Assembly (NCBI GenBank): GCA_951406725.2
Contig: OX597824.1
Location: 34,348,001 to 34,412,000 of the forward strand
From: Octopus vulgaris
Lineage: Eukaryota
DNA length: 64,000 nucleotides
Direction: 5' to 3'
The notes beneath the pieces are model-generated. The model worked only from the letters and a program-made list of their open reading frames with translations. It was not told the DNA's origin and made no database searches. Positions 63,798 through 64,000 of this stretch are shown in pieces. Every line of letters begins with the position of its first letter. Position 1 is the stretch's first letter. Both the position numbers and the translations under genes were made by a program.

Positions 63798-64000
63798 CAA
63801 AAACAATGATATTGAATGATCAATGATGATAAAAAAATATTTAGACTTATAAACCATACGAAAAAATATTTAAGGATCCAGCAATTCTTTCCATGCAAAG
63901 TAAACATATTCTTCAACATTTAAAAATCTATTTCTTATAATATAAACCCTAATGTTTTAAGACTTGAATGTAAGGAATAAATTTGGCACCATGAACAAGT

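Overview
This is AT-rich, repeat-dense animal genomic DNA. It is most likely an octopus or other coleoid cephalopod, inferred from the tRNA-derived SINE families and very long (TA)n tracts. Two convergent intron-containing genes are present. (1) A complete 5-exon LCLAT1 (lysocardiolipin acyltransferase) lies on + at 861-37383. It encodes 375 aa and all splice phases are consistent. (2) The 3' part of an IL-17-receptor-like gene (FnIII-like ectodomain, TM, divergent SEFIR/TILL) lies on - at 43471-59866. It has one unresolved phase break and its 5' end is probably beyond the window. Introns hold four SINE families, RTE-type LINE relics, a full-length DD36E Tc1-like element, mariner, hAT and Helitron relics, a TTAA piggyBac-type MITE family and Penelope-like element (PLE) remnants. 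The most striking signal is about 18 hammerhead-ribozyme-like motifs, nearly all in short PLE-type units next to (TA)n tracts. Two of these units are folded back into large palindromes that carry the same ribozyme on both strands. One is a perfect 368-bp palindrome with an intact hammerhead core. All calls were made by eye, with no database searches or folding runs.
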